Source: Candidatus Fervidifonticultor secundus | Lineage (GTDB): Bacteria > Sysuimicrobiota > Sysuimicrobiia > Sysuimicrobiales > Humicultoraceae | Assembly (NCBI GenBank): GCA_031459385.1 | Contig: JAVKIP010000002.1 | Location: 128,355 to 192,354 of the forward strand | DNA: 64,000 bases | Reading direction: 5' to 3' | In this document: in pieces, positions 1 through 10,763 of the stretch | Layout of the letters: each line of letters starts with the position of its first letter | Numbering within the stretch: the first letter of the stretch is position 1 | Notes under the pieces: generated by a model | Database searches by the model: none | Told to the model about the DNA's origin: nothing | What the model saw: the letters and a program-made list of their open reading frames with translations, nothing else | Translations under genes and position numbers: made by a program

Positions 1-222
1 AACGAGAAGGATCTCCAGGAGATCCCGGCTAACGTGCGCCGGGATCTGCGGCTCGTCCTGGTCTCGCATATGGACGAGGTCCTCGCGGAAGCGCTGCTGC
101 CAGCGCGGGACGAGGCCGCGGCCTCTTCGGGGCCCGTGGCAATGCCCGAGCCGCTGGTCGCTCCCCCTGTCCCGCCGGTCCAGCCCGTACCGCGGCAGCC
201 GGAGGCCCCGGCGATCAGCTAG
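1..222 (+). CDS. lon: ATP-dependent Lon protease, C-terminal end (partial)
   Basis: Frame 1 reads NEKDLQEIPANVRRDLRLVLVSHMDEVLAEAL, a typical Lon C-terminus, followed by a Pro-rich tail. Confidence 0.85.
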   Translation, partial: NEKDLQEIPANVRRDLRLVLVSHMDEVLAEALLPARDEAAASSGPVAMPEPLVAPPVPPVQPVPRQPEAPAIS

Positions 223-325
223 CCAGGCGTCCCGCGCCAGCCCGGGCCTGGCACCGCGCGTGAGGCTCGGGTCCGGCAGGCGGCCGGGAGCCTCTCCAGC
301 CGTCTGCCGGGCGGTCTGCTGGAGC

Positions 326-697
<372 letters not shown>

Positions 698-858
698 CTA
701 CGGCCTCCTTTGCGTCACTCCCCTGCGACTCCACCGTAACACGGCAAGGCGCGCAGTCACAATAATACGAGACTACAGTCGGAAAAGTTGACAAAATACA
801 AAAACTGTAGGACGCTTTTGGTGTACTGAATTCACACCGTTGACGGAGGACGCTCTGC

Positions 859-1563
859 GTGGTCGCGTCGCGCCCCGCGTCGGTCTGGGGACCACCGCCT
901 GTCAGGGAAACCGTGAGCGGCGTCGCATACAGGAGGCTGCGCGACGCCATCCTCGCGGGTCTCCTGAGTCCTGAGACGCGCATCAACGAGGTCGAACTGG
1001 CGCAGGCCTGGCGGGTCAGCCGGACGCCAATACGGGACGCCCTGCGCCGGCTGGCGGCAGAGGGGCTGGTGGAGCCGGCGCCCGGACGGGGAATGGTCGT
1101 GATGCGCCTTTCGCTGGCTGACGCCGAGGAACTGTACGAGGTGCGCGAGGCGCTGGAGGCCCGTGCCGCCCGACTGGCGGCCGAACGCGGCGCGGACGAC
1201 CTCCCGGTCGCGCTGAACGCGATCATCAAGGCGTTCGGCGTGGCCCTCAAGGACGGCGATACCGAGCGTCTGCTGGCGCTCGACGCGGAGTTCCACACAG
1301 CGATTGCCGGCGCAGCGCGCAACGCCCGGCTCCAGCGGCTGATCGAGCAACTGCGGGTGCAGACGCAACCCGCCCGCGTGCGCGCGCTGCGGGTCCGCGG
1401 CCGGGCGCAGAAGACGTTCCGCGAACTGGCGCGGCTTGCCGGGGCGATCCGCACGCGCGATGCCCCCCGGGCCGAGGCCGCCATGCGCGAGCACCTGGCC
1501 AGCGTGCGCGCCGACCTGGCCGCGGCCTTCCAGACCCCCGAGGCCGAGCGCCCGCCGGCTTGA
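859..1563 (+). CDS. GntR/FadR-family transcriptional regulator (FCD domain)
   Basis: HTH segment ELAQAWRVSRTPIRDALRRL; FCD features (DAEFH, N..L, MREHL); GGAGG RBS. Confidence 0.92.
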   Translation: MVASRPASVWGPPPVRETVSGVAYRRLRDAILAGLLSPETRINEVELAQAWRVSRTPIRDALRRLAAEGLVEPAPGRGMVVMRLSLADAEELYEVREALEARAARLAAERGADDLPVALNAIIKAFGVALKDGDTERLLALDAEFHTAIAGAARNARLQRLIEQLRVQTQPARVRALRVRGRAQKTFRELARLAGAIRTRDAPRAEAAMREHLASVRADLAAAFQTPEAERPPA

Positions 1564-1587
1564 CCCTGAACGCGCCACGCCTATAAT
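1560..1587 (+). promoter_or_regulatory. sigma70-type promoter of the valS leader
   Basis: TTGACC-N16-TATAAT immediately upstream of the T-box stem I. Confidence 0.7.
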
Positions 1588-1596
1588 CGAGCCAAC

Positions 1597-1850
1597 AGGC
1601 AACGACGGGGAGGAGTAGGCCGGCAGGTCCCCCAGCGAGGATGGCCCACGGCTGAGAGGCCATCTGGTAACCGACCGGCCGAACGTCGCCCCTGAGCCGC
1701 GGTCTGACGCGTGACGCCAGGACCGCCGGGTTCGCCCGAGAGCGCGAATGTCGAGGTCCCACGGTCGGCGGGCGGCCGCACCGTGGGAACCAGGGTGGTA
1801 CCGCGGAGCGCCGCTTCGCCCTTGGGCAAGCGGCGCCGTGCTTTTCCCAG
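1597..1850 (+). promoter_or_regulatory. T-box riboswitch (Val, GUC specifier)
   Basis: Stem I with AGTA/GAA loop-E motif and GCTGAGA distal loop; specifier GTC at 1685-1687; T-box AGGGTGGTACCGCG at 1792-1805; downstream hairpin GCGCCGCTT...AAGCGGCGC; precedes valS. Confidence 0.92.
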
Positions 1851-1859
1851 GGGGCATCG

Positions 1860-4568
1860 ATGGCGACCGGTGAGAGCGCGCGCAGGTACAGACAGACGGC
1901 GGCGACGCCAGAAGCAGGGGGGAGGTCGCTCGCGGCCAGCCGCGCCGGCGGGTACGATCCGCTTCAGGTAGAGCCGCGCCGCTACCAGGAGTGGCTGGCC
2001 CGGGGGTATTTCCATGCGCCGGTGGACCCCTCGCGCACGCCCTTTGTGATCATGATGCCCCTGCCCAACATCACGGGCACGCTGCACATGGGCCACGCGG
2101 TGAACCACACGGTCCAGGACCTCCTGATCCGCTGGCGCCGGATGCAGGGGTTCAACGCCATGTGGCTGCCGGGCACCGATCACGCCAGCATTGCCACCCA
2201 CGTGGTCATGGAACGCGAGCTGGCCAAGGAGGGCAAGACGCGGTTCGACCTGGGCCGGGAGCAGTTTCTGAAGTTTGCCTGGGCGTGGAAGGAGAAGTAT
2301 GGCGGCCTGATCTACCATCAAATTCGCCGCATGGGAATGAGCTGCGACTGGGACCGCGTCACGTTTACCATGGATCCCGGCTACTACGACGCCGTCGTCG
2401 AGTGCTTCCTACGCCTGTACCGCAAGGGTTACATCTACTACGGCCAGCGCATGATCAACTGGTGCCCCCGGGACCAGACGAGCGTCTCCGACCTGGAGGT
2501 GGACTACCAGCCGCTGGACAGCCACCTCTGGTACGTGCGCTACCGCGGCGCCGACGGAGGGCCCGACGTGGTGATCGCCACCCAGCGTCCCGAGACGATC
2601 CTGGCAGACGTGGCCGTGGCCGTGCACCCGGACGACGACCGCTGGCGCGGGGTCGTGGGCCGCCAAGTGATCGTGCCCATCGTCCAGCGGCGCGTTCCTG
2701 TCCTTGCCGACCGGCGGGTCGACCCGGGGTTCGGCACCGGCGCCTTGAAGATCACCCCAGGCCACGATCCCCTGGACAATGAGATCGGCGCCGACCACGG
2801 GCTGCCGGTGCTGGTCGTCCTCGATCGTCGCGGCCACATGACGGCCGAGACCGGCCCCTACGCCGGCCTGGACCGCTTCGAGGCCCGCACGGCTGTCGTG
2901 CGGGACCTGGAGGCCGCGGGGCTGATTGAGCGGGTGGAGCCCTACCGCACCAACGTGGGGCGTTGCGACCGATGCAAGACGATCCTGGAGCCGTATATCA
3001 CCGACCAGTGGTTCTGTCGCATGCGGGAGCTGGCGGTGCCGGCCATGGACGTGGTGCGGCAGGGGCGCGTGCGCTTCCATCCCGAGCGGTGGGCGAAAGT
3101 GTACCTGGACTGGATGGCGAACATCCGGGACTGGAACATCAGCCGTCGTCTGTGGTGGGGCCACCGTATTCCGGTCTGGCACTGTGCCAACGGCCACCTG
3201 ATCGCCCAGCGGGACGCGCCGGCACGCTGCCCCGACTGCGGCGGGGTGGCGCTCGAGCAGGAGGAGCAGATCCTCGACACGTGGTTCTCCTCGGCAGCCT
3301 GGCCGTTCGCGACCCTGGGCTGGCCGCGGGAGACGCCGGAACTCCGGTACTTCTACCCGACCAGCGTGCTGGTCACGGGGCGGGACATCATCTTCCTCTG
3401 GGTCGCACGCATGATCATGTTCGGGCTGGAGTTCGTGGGCGACGTGCCCTTCACTGACGTCTACATCAACCCCACGGTGCTGAACATCGAGGGGAAACGC
3501 ATGAGCAAGTCGCTCGGCACCGGGTTGGACCCGCTGGACTACGTCGAGCAGGGCTACGGGGCTGATGCGCTGCGCTACGCGCTGACGCTGCGTTGCTCGC
3601 AGGGCCAGCAGGACCTGCGGTTCAGCGAGAAGATGCTCGAGGACGTCCGGAACTTCAACAACAAGATCTGGAACGCGTCGCGGTTCGTGGGTATGCACCT
3701 CGAGGGCTTCACCCCGCAGCGCACGCCCGCGCCCGAGCAGCTCAGCGTCATCGACCGGTGGATCCGCAGCCGGTATGCCCGGCTGGTCGGACGGGTCACA
3801 GGGCACCTGGAGGCGTACGACTTCGACAAGGCAGCGCGCGCGCTGTACGACTTCATCTGGTCCGAGTACTGCGACTGGTACGTGGAGTTCTCCAAGGTCG
3901 ACCTGTACCGGGACGACCTGCCGGCCGGCCGACGGCTGGCCCTGCAGCACACGCTCTGGAGCGTGCTGGAGGGCACTCTGCGGCTCCTGCACCCGATCGT
4001 GCCCCATCTGACCGAGGAGATCTGGCAGAGCCTGCCGCACCAGGGCGAGAGCATCGTCATCGCGCCCTGGCCGTCTGCCGACCCGGAGATGGAGGATACC
4101 GCCGCGGAGGCGGAGGTGGAGACCCTCATGGCCGCCATCCGGGCCATCCGGTCGTTGCGAGCCGACCTGGGCCTGCCACCGTCCGCCCGGCTGACTCCCA
4201 GCGTGGCCGGACCCGCGCCGCGCCGCGCAGTGGTCGAGCGTCACCGGGAGTACGTGGCCCGCTTGGCGCGCGCTGATCTCAGCATCGTCGCCGACGGGCG
4301 GCGGCAGCCAGGCACCGTGGGCACCATCGCCGCCGGCCTGAGCGTCTCGCTCACCATCGCGGCGGCTGACCGCTCCAGGGCCAGACGTCGGCTGGAGCGA
4401 GAGCTCATGCGGGTACGGGCGGCCGCGGAGCGCGCGGCGGCCCGGCTGGCCGACGGCAACTTCCTGGCGCGGGCGCCGGAGGATGTCGTCGAGGAGGAGC
4501 GGCGCCGCGAAGAAGAGCTGCGCGCGCGCGAGCAGGTGCTCGCAGGATACCTGGCCGATCTCGCCTAG
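1860..4568 (+). CDS. valS: Valine--tRNA ligase
   Basis: PNITGTLHMGH, GTDHASIATH, DWNISR.LWWGH, RMSKS motifs; C-terminal coiled coil; Val T-box upstream. Confidence 0.97.
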   Translation: MATGESARRYRQTAATPEAGGRSLAASRAGGYDPLQVEPRRYQEWLARGYFHAPVDPSRTPFVIMMPLPNITGTLHMGHAVNHTVQDLLIRWRRMQGFNAMWLPGTDHASIATHVVMERELAKEGKTRFDLGREQFLKFAWAWKEKYGGLIYHQIRRMGMSCDWDRVTFTMDPGYYDAVVECFLRLYRKGYIYYGQRMINWCPRDQTSVSDLEVDYQPLDSHLWYVRYRGADGGPDVVIATQRPETILADVAVAVHPDDDRWRGVVGRQVIVPIVQRRVPVLADRRVDPGFGTGALKITPGHDPLDNEIGADHGLPVLVVLDRRGHMTAETGPYAGLDRFEARTAVVRDLEAAGLIERVEPYRTNVGRCDRCKTILEPYITDQWFCRMRELAVPAMDVVRQGRVRFHPERWAKVYLDWMANIRDWNISRRLWWGHRIPVWHCANGHLIAQRDAPARCPDCGGVALEQEEQILDTWFSSAAWPFATLGWPRETPELRYFYPTSVLVTGRDIIFLWVARMIMFGLEFVGDVPFTDVYINPTVLNIEGKRMSKSLGTGLDPLDYVEQGYGADALRYALTLRCSQGQQDLRFSEKMLEDVRNFNNKIWNASRFVGMHLEGFTPQRTPAPEQLSVIDRWIRSRYARLVGRVTGHLEAYDFDKAARALYDFIWSEYCDWYVEFSKVDLYRDDLPAGRRLALQHTLWSVLEGTLRLLHPIVPHLTEEIWQSLPHQGESIVIAPWPSADPEMEDTAAEAEVETLMAAIRAIRSLRADLGLPPSARLTPSVAGPAPRRAVVERHREYVARLARADLSIVADGRRQPGTVGTIAAGLSVSLTIAAADRSRARRRLERELMRVRAAAERAAARLADGNFLARAPEDVVEEERRREEELRAREQVLAGYLADLA

Positions 4569-4615
4569 AGCGGGCGCCGGAGGAGTTCCCTGCCCGCCGC
4601 CGAAGAGGGCGTCTC

Positions 4616-5173
4616 GTGCGCTCCAATAGCGTGCTCGCCGGACTGGCGCTGGTCGGGCTCTTCGTGCTCTCCCTCGTCGTGGGCTACGTTGTGGGCGAGC
4701 GGTACTTCACGCGACCGCCGGGGCCGACGGCAGATGTCCCGCCCCCTACGGTCCCTCCGTCACCGGCACCGCGGCCGCCGGCGGCCGGGCCGTCGCCCGC
4801 GATGGTGCCGACGCCGGGCCCGGCGCCGGGCCCGGTGACCACACCGCCAGCGCTCTCCGGTCCCGCTCCTGCACCGTCGCCACCCCCGCCGGCTCCCAGC
4901 CCCGTGGCCGGCGCAGCTCCCCCGCCGCCCGCGGCGACGCCGCCGGCCGACACCGACCAGGCACTGTACATCGTGCAGGCCGGAGCCTTCTCCAGCCACG
5001 AGCGCGCCCGGGTACACGCCGAGGGTCTGCGACAGGACGGGTTCGCGCCCTACATCGTTCGCGAGGGCGGGCTGTACAAGGTCCGCCTCGGCGCGTTCCG
5101 CGATCGGGCCCGGGCCGATGCGCTGGCCGCCCGCGCACGCGCGCGGGGGTACGAGGTGGCCATCGTCCGGTAG
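4616..5173 (+). CDS. SPOR-domain membrane-anchored protein
   Basis: N-terminal TM helix, Pro-rich linker, YIVQAGAFS...YKVRLGAF SPOR signature. Confidence 0.88.
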   Translation: MRSNSVLAGLALVGLFVLSLVVGYVVGERYFTRPPGPTADVPPPTVPPSPAPRPPAAGPSPAMVPTPGPAPGPVTTPPALSGPAPAPSPPPPAPSPVAGAAPPPPAATPPADTDQALYIVQAGAFSSHERARVHAEGLRQDGFAPYIVREGGLYKVRLGAFRDRARADALAARARARGYEVAIVR

Positions 5174-5246
5174 CACCCAGCGCACCGCCGGGTCGACGCC
5201 GCACGGACACATCGCACGCCAGGCCCTGGCGACGGAGGACAGACCA

Positions 5247-6212
5247 ATGCGCGCCCCGCAACCGCAGGACCCCGCGAGCCTGGGGTTCGAGCGCATCCGC
5301 TACGCCAAGGAGGGTCCCCGGGCCACCGTGACGATCGCCCGGCCCGAGGTGTTGAACGCCCTCGACTTCCCCACGCTGCGGGAGATGAGCCGCGCGTTCG
5401 AGGATGCGGCCTGGGATGACGCCATCGCCGTGGTGGTGCTGACCGGTGCTGGCGACCGGGCATTCTGCACCGGCGCTGACCTGCGCGAACAGGAGCAGTT
5501 CCTCGAGCGCCCCCGCGACTACTGGAAGTGGATGGGGGCGTTCATCGAAGCGCAGGAACGCCTGCGCAACATCGGCAAGCCGACCGTGGCGCGCCTCAAC
5601 GGCATGGTTGTCGGCGGCGGCAACGAGTTCAACCTGGCGTGCGACTTCGCCGTGGCCGCCGACGACATCGCCATCCGACACGTGGGACCGGCCCGCGGGA
5701 GCGTGCCGGCGGCGGGCGCCACGCAGTGGCTGCCCCTCGTCGTGGGGGACCGCCGCGCCCGGGAGATCCTCTTCCTGTGCGAGGAGATCCCGGCCAGGCA
5801 GGCGCTGGCGTGGGGGCTGGTGAACCGTGTCGTGCCGCGGGTGGACCTGGACGCCGCTGTGGACGAACTGGTCGCGAAACTGGTCAACAAACTCCCTGAG
5901 GTCACGCGGTACACGAAGCAGCAGCTCAACTTCTGGCGGGACCTGTCCTGGCATTTGACGATAGGCCACGCGCGGGACTGGCTCACGCTGCACGCCGGCG
6001 CCGCGGAGACCTACGAGGGCATCCGCGCGTTCCTCGAGAAGCGCCCGGTGGACTACGCGGGCATCCGCCGCCGGCTGGCCGCGGGGGCGTCCACCGAGTT
6101 CCTCTGGGGGCCGGCGGTGCGCACCTGCCCGGCCTGCGGAGTCCACGGGCTGCCGGCGGAGTTCCGCTTCTGCGGTCGGTGCGGGGCCGCGCTGCCGTCC
6201 GCCAGCGGGTAG
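5247..6212 (+). CDS. Crotonase-family protein (Oah/BadI-like ring hydrolase?) with C-terminal zinc ribbon
   Basis: FCTGADL, VVGGGNEFNLACD, GPARGSVPAAGAT crotonase motifs; C-terminal CPACG...FCGRCG; ATG 5247 follows GGAGG. Confidence 0.85.
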   Translation: MRAPQPQDPASLGFERIRYAKEGPRATVTIARPEVLNALDFPTLREMSRAFEDAAWDDAIAVVVLTGAGDRAFCTGADLREQEQFLERPRDYWKWMGAFIEAQERLRNIGKPTVARLNGMVVGGGNEFNLACDFAVAADDIAIRHVGPARGSVPAAGATQWLPLVVGDRRAREILFLCEEIPARQALAWGLVNRVVPRVDLDAAVDELVAKLVNKLPEVTRYTKQQLNFWRDLSWHLTIGHARDWLTLHAGAAETYEGIRAFLEKRPVDYAGIRRRLAAGASTEFLWGPAVRTCPACGVHGLPAEFRFCGRCGAALPSASG

Positions 6213-6224
6213 AGGAGGCAACCG

Positions 6225-6998
6225 ATGACCTACGTGAACCTGCTGGTTGAGCGCGACGGGCCGGTGGTGATCGTCACGCTGCATCGTCCCACGGTGCTCA
6301 ACGCGCTCAGCCGCGAGACGATGGATGAGCTCGTCACCGCGCTGGAGGCGGCCGATGGGGAGGACACGGTGCGCTGCATGGTGGTGACGGGAAGCGACCG
6401 GGCGTTTGCGGCCGGTGCGGACGTCAACGAGTTCATCGACGCGACCCCGGTGACGATGCTGCGCGGGTACCGGTTCCAGCAGTGGGAGCGCATCCGCAGA
6501 CTCGGCAAGCCGGTGATCGCGGCGGTGCGGGGCTACGCGCTGGGCGGCGGGTGCGAACTGGCGATGCTGTGCGACATGATCGTCGCCGGCGAGGGCGCCC
6601 GCTTCGGTCAGCCCGAGATCAACATCGGCCTCATGCCCGGGGCAGGGGGGACCCAGCGCCTGACGCGGGCCGTGGGGAAGGCGCGGGCCATGGAGATCGT
6701 CTTGACGGGACGGCACGTGTCGGCGACGGAGGCCTACGCCATGGGGCTCGTGACGCGGGTGGTGCCTGACGAGGTCGTCCTGGACGAGGCTCGGCGGCTG
6801 GCGCACGTCATCGCGTCGAAGCCGCCGGTCGCCGTGCGCCTGGCCAAGGAGGCGATCCTGAAAGCGTTCGACACGACGCTGGAGGTCGGTCTGGACCACG
6901 AGCGCCGGTTGTTCTACCTCCTGTTCGCCACCGAAGACAAGACCGAGGGCGTCCGGGCGTTCCTCGAGAAGCGCCCGCCGTCGTTCCAGGGTCGTTGA
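6225..6998 (+). CDS. paaF: Enoyl-CoA hydratase (2,3-dehydroadipyl-CoA hydratase-like)
   Basis: AFAAGAD, GGGCELAM, FGQPEINIG.MPGAGGTQRL with both catalytic Glu; cluster context. Confidence 0.8.
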   Translation: MTYVNLLVERDGPVVIVTLHRPTVLNALSRETMDELVTALEAADGEDTVRCMVVTGSDRAFAAGADVNEFIDATPVTMLRGYRFQQWERIRRLGKPVIAAVRGYALGGGCELAMLCDMIVAGEGARFGQPEINIGLMPGAGGTQRLTRAVGKARAMEIVLTGRHVSATEAYAMGLVTRVVPDEVVLDEARRLAHVIASKPPVAVRLAKEAILKAFDTTLEVGLDHERRLFYLLFATEDKTEGVRAFLEKRPPSFQGR

Positions 6999-7017
6999 GC
7001 GGAGGGAGGGAGGAGGT

Positions 7018-7812
7018 GTGAGCATCCTGCCATCGCTGTCCACCGTGCTTGTGGCGCTGGACGGGGGCGTGCTGACGCTGACCCTGAACCGGCCTGACGT
7101 GCTCAACGCCGTCAACGAGCAACTCACCGCCGACTTGCACGAGGGGCTGCGCTTCGCCGAACGGACCTCCGAGGTCAGGTGCGTGGTGGTGACCGGGGCG
7201 GGGCGAGGGTTCTGCTCCGGGCAAGACCTGCGGGAGCGGACCGGAGCCCCAGGGGTGTCGTACGGGGACTCGCTGCGCCGCCGCTATAATCCGGTCATCC
7301 TTCGGATGCGTACCATCGAGAAACCGGTCATTGCAGCGGTCAATGGTGTGGCCGCCGGCGCGGGCTGCAACCTGGCGCTGGCGGCCGATCTCCGCATCGC
7401 GTCGGATCGCGCGTCGTTCATCGAGGTCTTCAGCCGGGTCGGGCTCATCCCCGACTCCGGAGGGACGTTCACGCTCCCGCGCCTGGTGGGCTTGGGGAAG
7501 GCTCTGGAGCTGGCGTTCACGGCCGATCCCATCGACGCGCAGGAGGCGCTGCAGTTGGGGCTGGTCAACCGGGTGGTCTCTCATGACGAGTTGATGCCGC
7601 AGACGCTGGCCCTGGCCACCAGGCTCGCGCAGGGCCCGACGCGGGGATTCGGGCTTACGAAGCGCGCCTTCAACTACGCCCTCTCGGCATCGCTGGAGGC
7701 AGCGCTGGAGTACGAGGCGCACCTGCAGGAGATCGCCGGCCGTACTGCCGACCATCGCGAGGGTGTGGCGGCCTTCCTGGAGAAGCGCCCGCCCCGCTTC
7801 GAAGGACGGTAG
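7018..7812 (+). CDS. paaG: 2-(1,2-epoxy-1,2-dihydrophenyl)acetyl-CoA isomerase-like crotonase
   Basis: RGFCSGQDL, YNPVI, NGVAAGAGCNLALA, GLIPDSGG: PaaG-type signature with catalytic Asp. Confidence 0.82.
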   Translation: MSILPSLSTVLVALDGGVLTLTLNRPDVLNAVNEQLTADLHEGLRFAERTSEVRCVVVTGAGRGFCSGQDLRERTGAPGVSYGDSLRRRYNPVILRMRTIEKPVIAAVNGVAAGAGCNLALAADLRIASDRASFIEVFSRVGLIPDSGGTFTLPRLVGLGKALELAFTADPIDAQEALQLGLVNRVVSHDELMPQTLALATRLAQGPTRGFGLTKRAFNYALSASLEAALEYEAHLQEIAGRTADHREGVAAFLEKRPPRFEGR

Positions 7813-7821
7813 GCGACCGGC

Positions 7822-9501
7822 GTGGGTGCGCGCCCGGTCATCGGCGTGGTGGGAGCGGGGACCATGGGCGGTGGCATCGCCCAGGTCGCGGCCATCGCCG
7901 GGTTTCCCGTGATCGTCGTTGACGTCTCGCCGGACGCCCTCGGGCGGTGTCGGGAGCGCATTGCGGCGGCGCTGGCCCGGCGCGTCGCCGACGGCCGGCT
8001 CGCACAGGCCGACGCCGAGGCGGCGTTGGGACGTCTGCACTGGGTCACCGGGCTCGAGGCGCTGGGCGGCGCCACGGTGGTGATCGAGGCGGTCTTCGAG
8101 GACCTGGCGGTGAAGCGCGACGTGTTCGCCCGGCTTGACGCGCAGTGTCCGGCATCGGTGATCCTGGCATCCAACACGTCGTCGCTGCCCATCACCCGCA
8201 TCGCCGCAGCCACGCGGCATCCCGGCCGCGTCGTCGGTCTGCACTTCTTCAATCCGGTGCCCGCTATGGCGCTGGTCGAGGTCGTGCAGGGGGAGGAGAC
8301 GGCCGAGGCGACGATGCAGGCCGCGGTGGACCTGGTGCGGGCCCTGGGCAAGCAGCCGGTGCGCGTGCGTGACGCGCCTGGGTTCCTGGTCAACCGCGTG
8401 GCCCGGCCGTTCTACACCGAAGCCCTGCGCGTGCTTGCCGACCGGCGCGCGCCGGTGGAGACGATCGACCGCATCATGCGCCAGGCCGGCGGGTTCCGGA
8501 TGGGGCCCTTCGAGTTGCTGGACCTGATCGGGCTAGACGTCAACCTGGCCGTATCGCGCTCCATCTACGAAGCGTTCTTCCACGATCCGCGCTACCGGCC
8601 GCATCCGATCCAGCAGCGCATGGTGGATGCGGGGTTGGTGGGGCGGAAGGCCGGCCGGGGGTTCTATGACTACCGGCAGCGCACGGGGAGCGCGGAGGGC
8701 CAGGCGCCGGCCGGGGCCCCACCTGCGCCCGGCCCGTCGGGTACTCAGGTCCCGGTCCTGGCGGGGAACACCCGGGCGGCCGGACCGGTCGTCGTGCTGG
8801 GAGAAAACCGCCTGGCCGAGGACCTGGCGGCGCACGCCCGCGCCGCTGGCCTGGCCGTGGCAGCCCAACCGCCGCGGACGGGCCGGCGGCGGGCCGCTGT
8901 CATCGTCGACGCGTCGCTGGACCAGGCCGGCGAGAAGGCGCAGCGCCTTGCGGCGCTGGAGCCGCAGCTCACACCAGATGCGATGGTGCTCACGCTGACG
9001 CTGAGCGCGTCGGTCACGGAGGCCGCGCGCCTGTGCGCCCTGCCGGAGCGCGTGGTGGGGTTTGCGACGCTCCCGCCCCTGGCCGACCGCCCGCTGGTGG
9101 AAGTGCAGGCCGGGCTGCGGACGGGCCGACGGGCCGTGGAGCAGGCGCTGGCGTTCTGGGCCTCCCTGGGCAAGCACGTGGTGGAGATCGGCGACGGCGC
9201 GGCCGGCGTCTTCCCCAGGATTCAGGCACTGGTCTGCCACGAGGCGATCGTGGCGGTCGCCGACGGCGTGGCCACTCCGGCGGACATTGACACGGCCATG
9301 CGGCTTGGCATGAACTATCCGCAGGGCCCGGTGGAACGAGCAGAAGCTGCCGGTCTCGAGGTGGTCCTGGCGGTCGTGGATGGCCTGTTCGCCGAGCACA
9401 GGGACCCGCGGTATCGCGCCGCACCGTGGCTGCGTCGTCTCGTGGCGGCCGGCTACGGGCACGTGCCCGTCGGGCCAGGCGGCCGACAGCCTTCGGAGTG
9501 A
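7822..9501 (+). CDS. paaH: 3-hydroxyacyl-CoA dehydrogenase (long PaaH type)
   Basis: [11 protein letters not shown]ossmann motif, SNTSS, HFFNP, duplicated C-terminal dimerisation domain. Confidence 0.85.
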   Translation: MGARPVIGVVGAGTMGGGIAQVAAIAGFPVIVVDVSPDALGRCRERIAAALARRVADGRLAQADAEAALGRLHWVTGLEALGGATVVIEAVFEDLAVKRDVFARLDAQCPASVILASNTSSLPITRIAAATRHPGRVVGLHFFNPVPAMALVEVVQGEETAEATMQAAVDLVRALGKQPVRVRDAPGFLVNRVARPFYTEALRVLADRRAPVETIDRIMRQAGGFRMGPFELLDLIGLDVNLAVSRSIYEAFFHDPRYRPHPIQQRMVDAGLVGRKAGRGFYDYRQRTGSAEGQAPAGAPPAPGPSGTQVPVLAGNTRAAGPVVVLGENRLAEDLAAHARAAGLAVAAQPPRTGRRRAAVIVDASLDQAGEKAQRLAALEPQLTPDAMVLTLTLSASVTEAARLCALPERVVGFATLPPLADRPLVEVQAGLRTGRRAVEQALAFWASLGKHVVEIGDGAAGVFPRIQALVCHEAIVAVADGVATPADIDTAMRLGMNYPQGPVERAEAAGLEVVLAVVDGLFAEHRDPRYRAAPWLRRLVAAGYGHVPVGPGGRQPSE

Positions 9502-9506
9502 TGAGG

Positions 9507-10763
9507 ATGCCGAACGCCGCCAGGGAGGCCGTTATCGTCGACGCGGTTCGCACTCCGATCGGCCGCTACGGTGGCGCCTTGAAGGACGTGCGGGCGGATG
9601 ACCTGGCGGCCACGGTCATCCAGGCCCTCGTACGCCGGACGAATCTCGATCCGTCCTGGATCGAGGACGTCATCCTGGGGTGTACGAACCAGGCCGGTGA
9701 GGACAACCGCAACGTGGCCCGCATGGCCGTGCTGCTCGCCGGGTTGCCGGTCGGCGTCGCGGGCCAGACCGTCAATCGCCTGTGTGGGTCGGGCCTCCAG
9801 GCCGTGGTGGCGGCGGCGCACGCGATCTGGGCCGGGGAGGGAGAGGTCTTCATCGCTGGGGGAGTCGAGTCCATGACCCGCGCCCCGCTGGTGATGGCCA
9901 AGCCCACCGAGGGGTTCCCCCGGGGCGACGTGCGCATGTACGACAGCACCATTGGCTGGCGGTTCGTGAACCCCCGGCTGGCCGAGATGTACCCGCCGTA
10001 CAGCATGGGCGAGACGGCGGAGAACGTGGCCGCCCAGTACGGCATCACGCGCGAAGAGCAGGACGCGTTTGCACTGGAGAGCCAGCGGCGGACGGCTGCG
10101 GCCATCGCCGCGGGGTGCTTCAAGGACGAGATCGTGCCTGTCGTGATCCCGCAGCCCCGTGGGGACCCCATGGTGGTCGAGGCCGACGAGCACCCCAGGC
10201 CGACCACGACCCGCGAAGCGCTGGCGAAGCTGCAGCCGGCGTTCCGCAAAGACGGCACAGTCACCGCCGGCAACGCGTCGGGCATCAACGACGGCGCAGC
10301 CGCGCTCCTGGTAATGGAGGCTCGCCGCGCCGAGGCCCTGGGAATGTCGCCGCTGGCCCGCATCGTGGCCAGCGCGGTCGCGGGTGTTGACCCCGCGATC
10401 ATGGGCATCGGCCCGGTGCCGGCGACGCGCAAGGTCCTGGAGCGCGCCCGCCTGCGTATCGAAGATCTGGATGTCGTCGAGCTCAATGAGGCGTTCGCCG
10501 CGCAGGTGCTGGCGTGCGCGCGGGACCTGGGGATCCCCCTGGAGAAGCTCAACCCCAACGGCGGTGCGATCGCGCTGGGACACCCCCTGGGATGCAGCGG
10601 GGCGCGGCTGGTCGTCACTCTCGTCCATGAACTGCGGCGGCGGCGCGGACGGTACGGGCTCGCCACCATGTGCATCGGCGTGGGGCAGGGGATTGCGATG
10701 ATCGTCGAGCGGCAGGACGGCACCACGCCCTCGCCCCCCGGGAGGGTATATGCCGCTGACTGA
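9507..10763 (+). CDS. paaJ: 3-oxoadipyl-CoA/3-oxo-5,6-dehydrosuberyl-CoA thiolase (PaaJ/PcaF type)
   Basis: [47 protein letters not shown]. Confidence 0.85.
   Translation: MPNAAREAVIVDAVRTPIGRYGGALKDVRADDLAATVIQALVRRTNLDPSWIEDVILGCTNQAGEDNRNVARMAVLLAGLPVGVAGQTVNRLCGSGLQAVVAAAHAIWAGEGEVFIAGGVESMTRAPLVMAKPTEGFPRGDVRMYDSTIGWRFVNPRLAEMYPPYSMGETAENVAAQYGITREEQDAFALESQRRTAAAIAAGCFKDEIVPVVIPQPRGDPMVVEADEHPRPTTTREALAKLQPAFRKDGTVTAGNASGINDGAAALLVMEARRAEALGMSPLARIVASAVAGVDPAIMGIGPVPATRKVLERARLRIEDLDVVELNEAFAAQVLACARDLGIPLEKLNPNGGAIALGHPLGCSGARLVVTLVHELRRRRGRYGLATMCIGVGQGIAMIVERQDGTTPSPPGRVYAAD

Noticed and set aside
4730..4960. Pro-rich low-complexity stretches (SPOR linker; similar ones in infB and the secreted proteins) as repeat arrays or CRISPR
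   Set aside because: Ordinary coding linkers with no regular repeat-spacer structure and no cas genes
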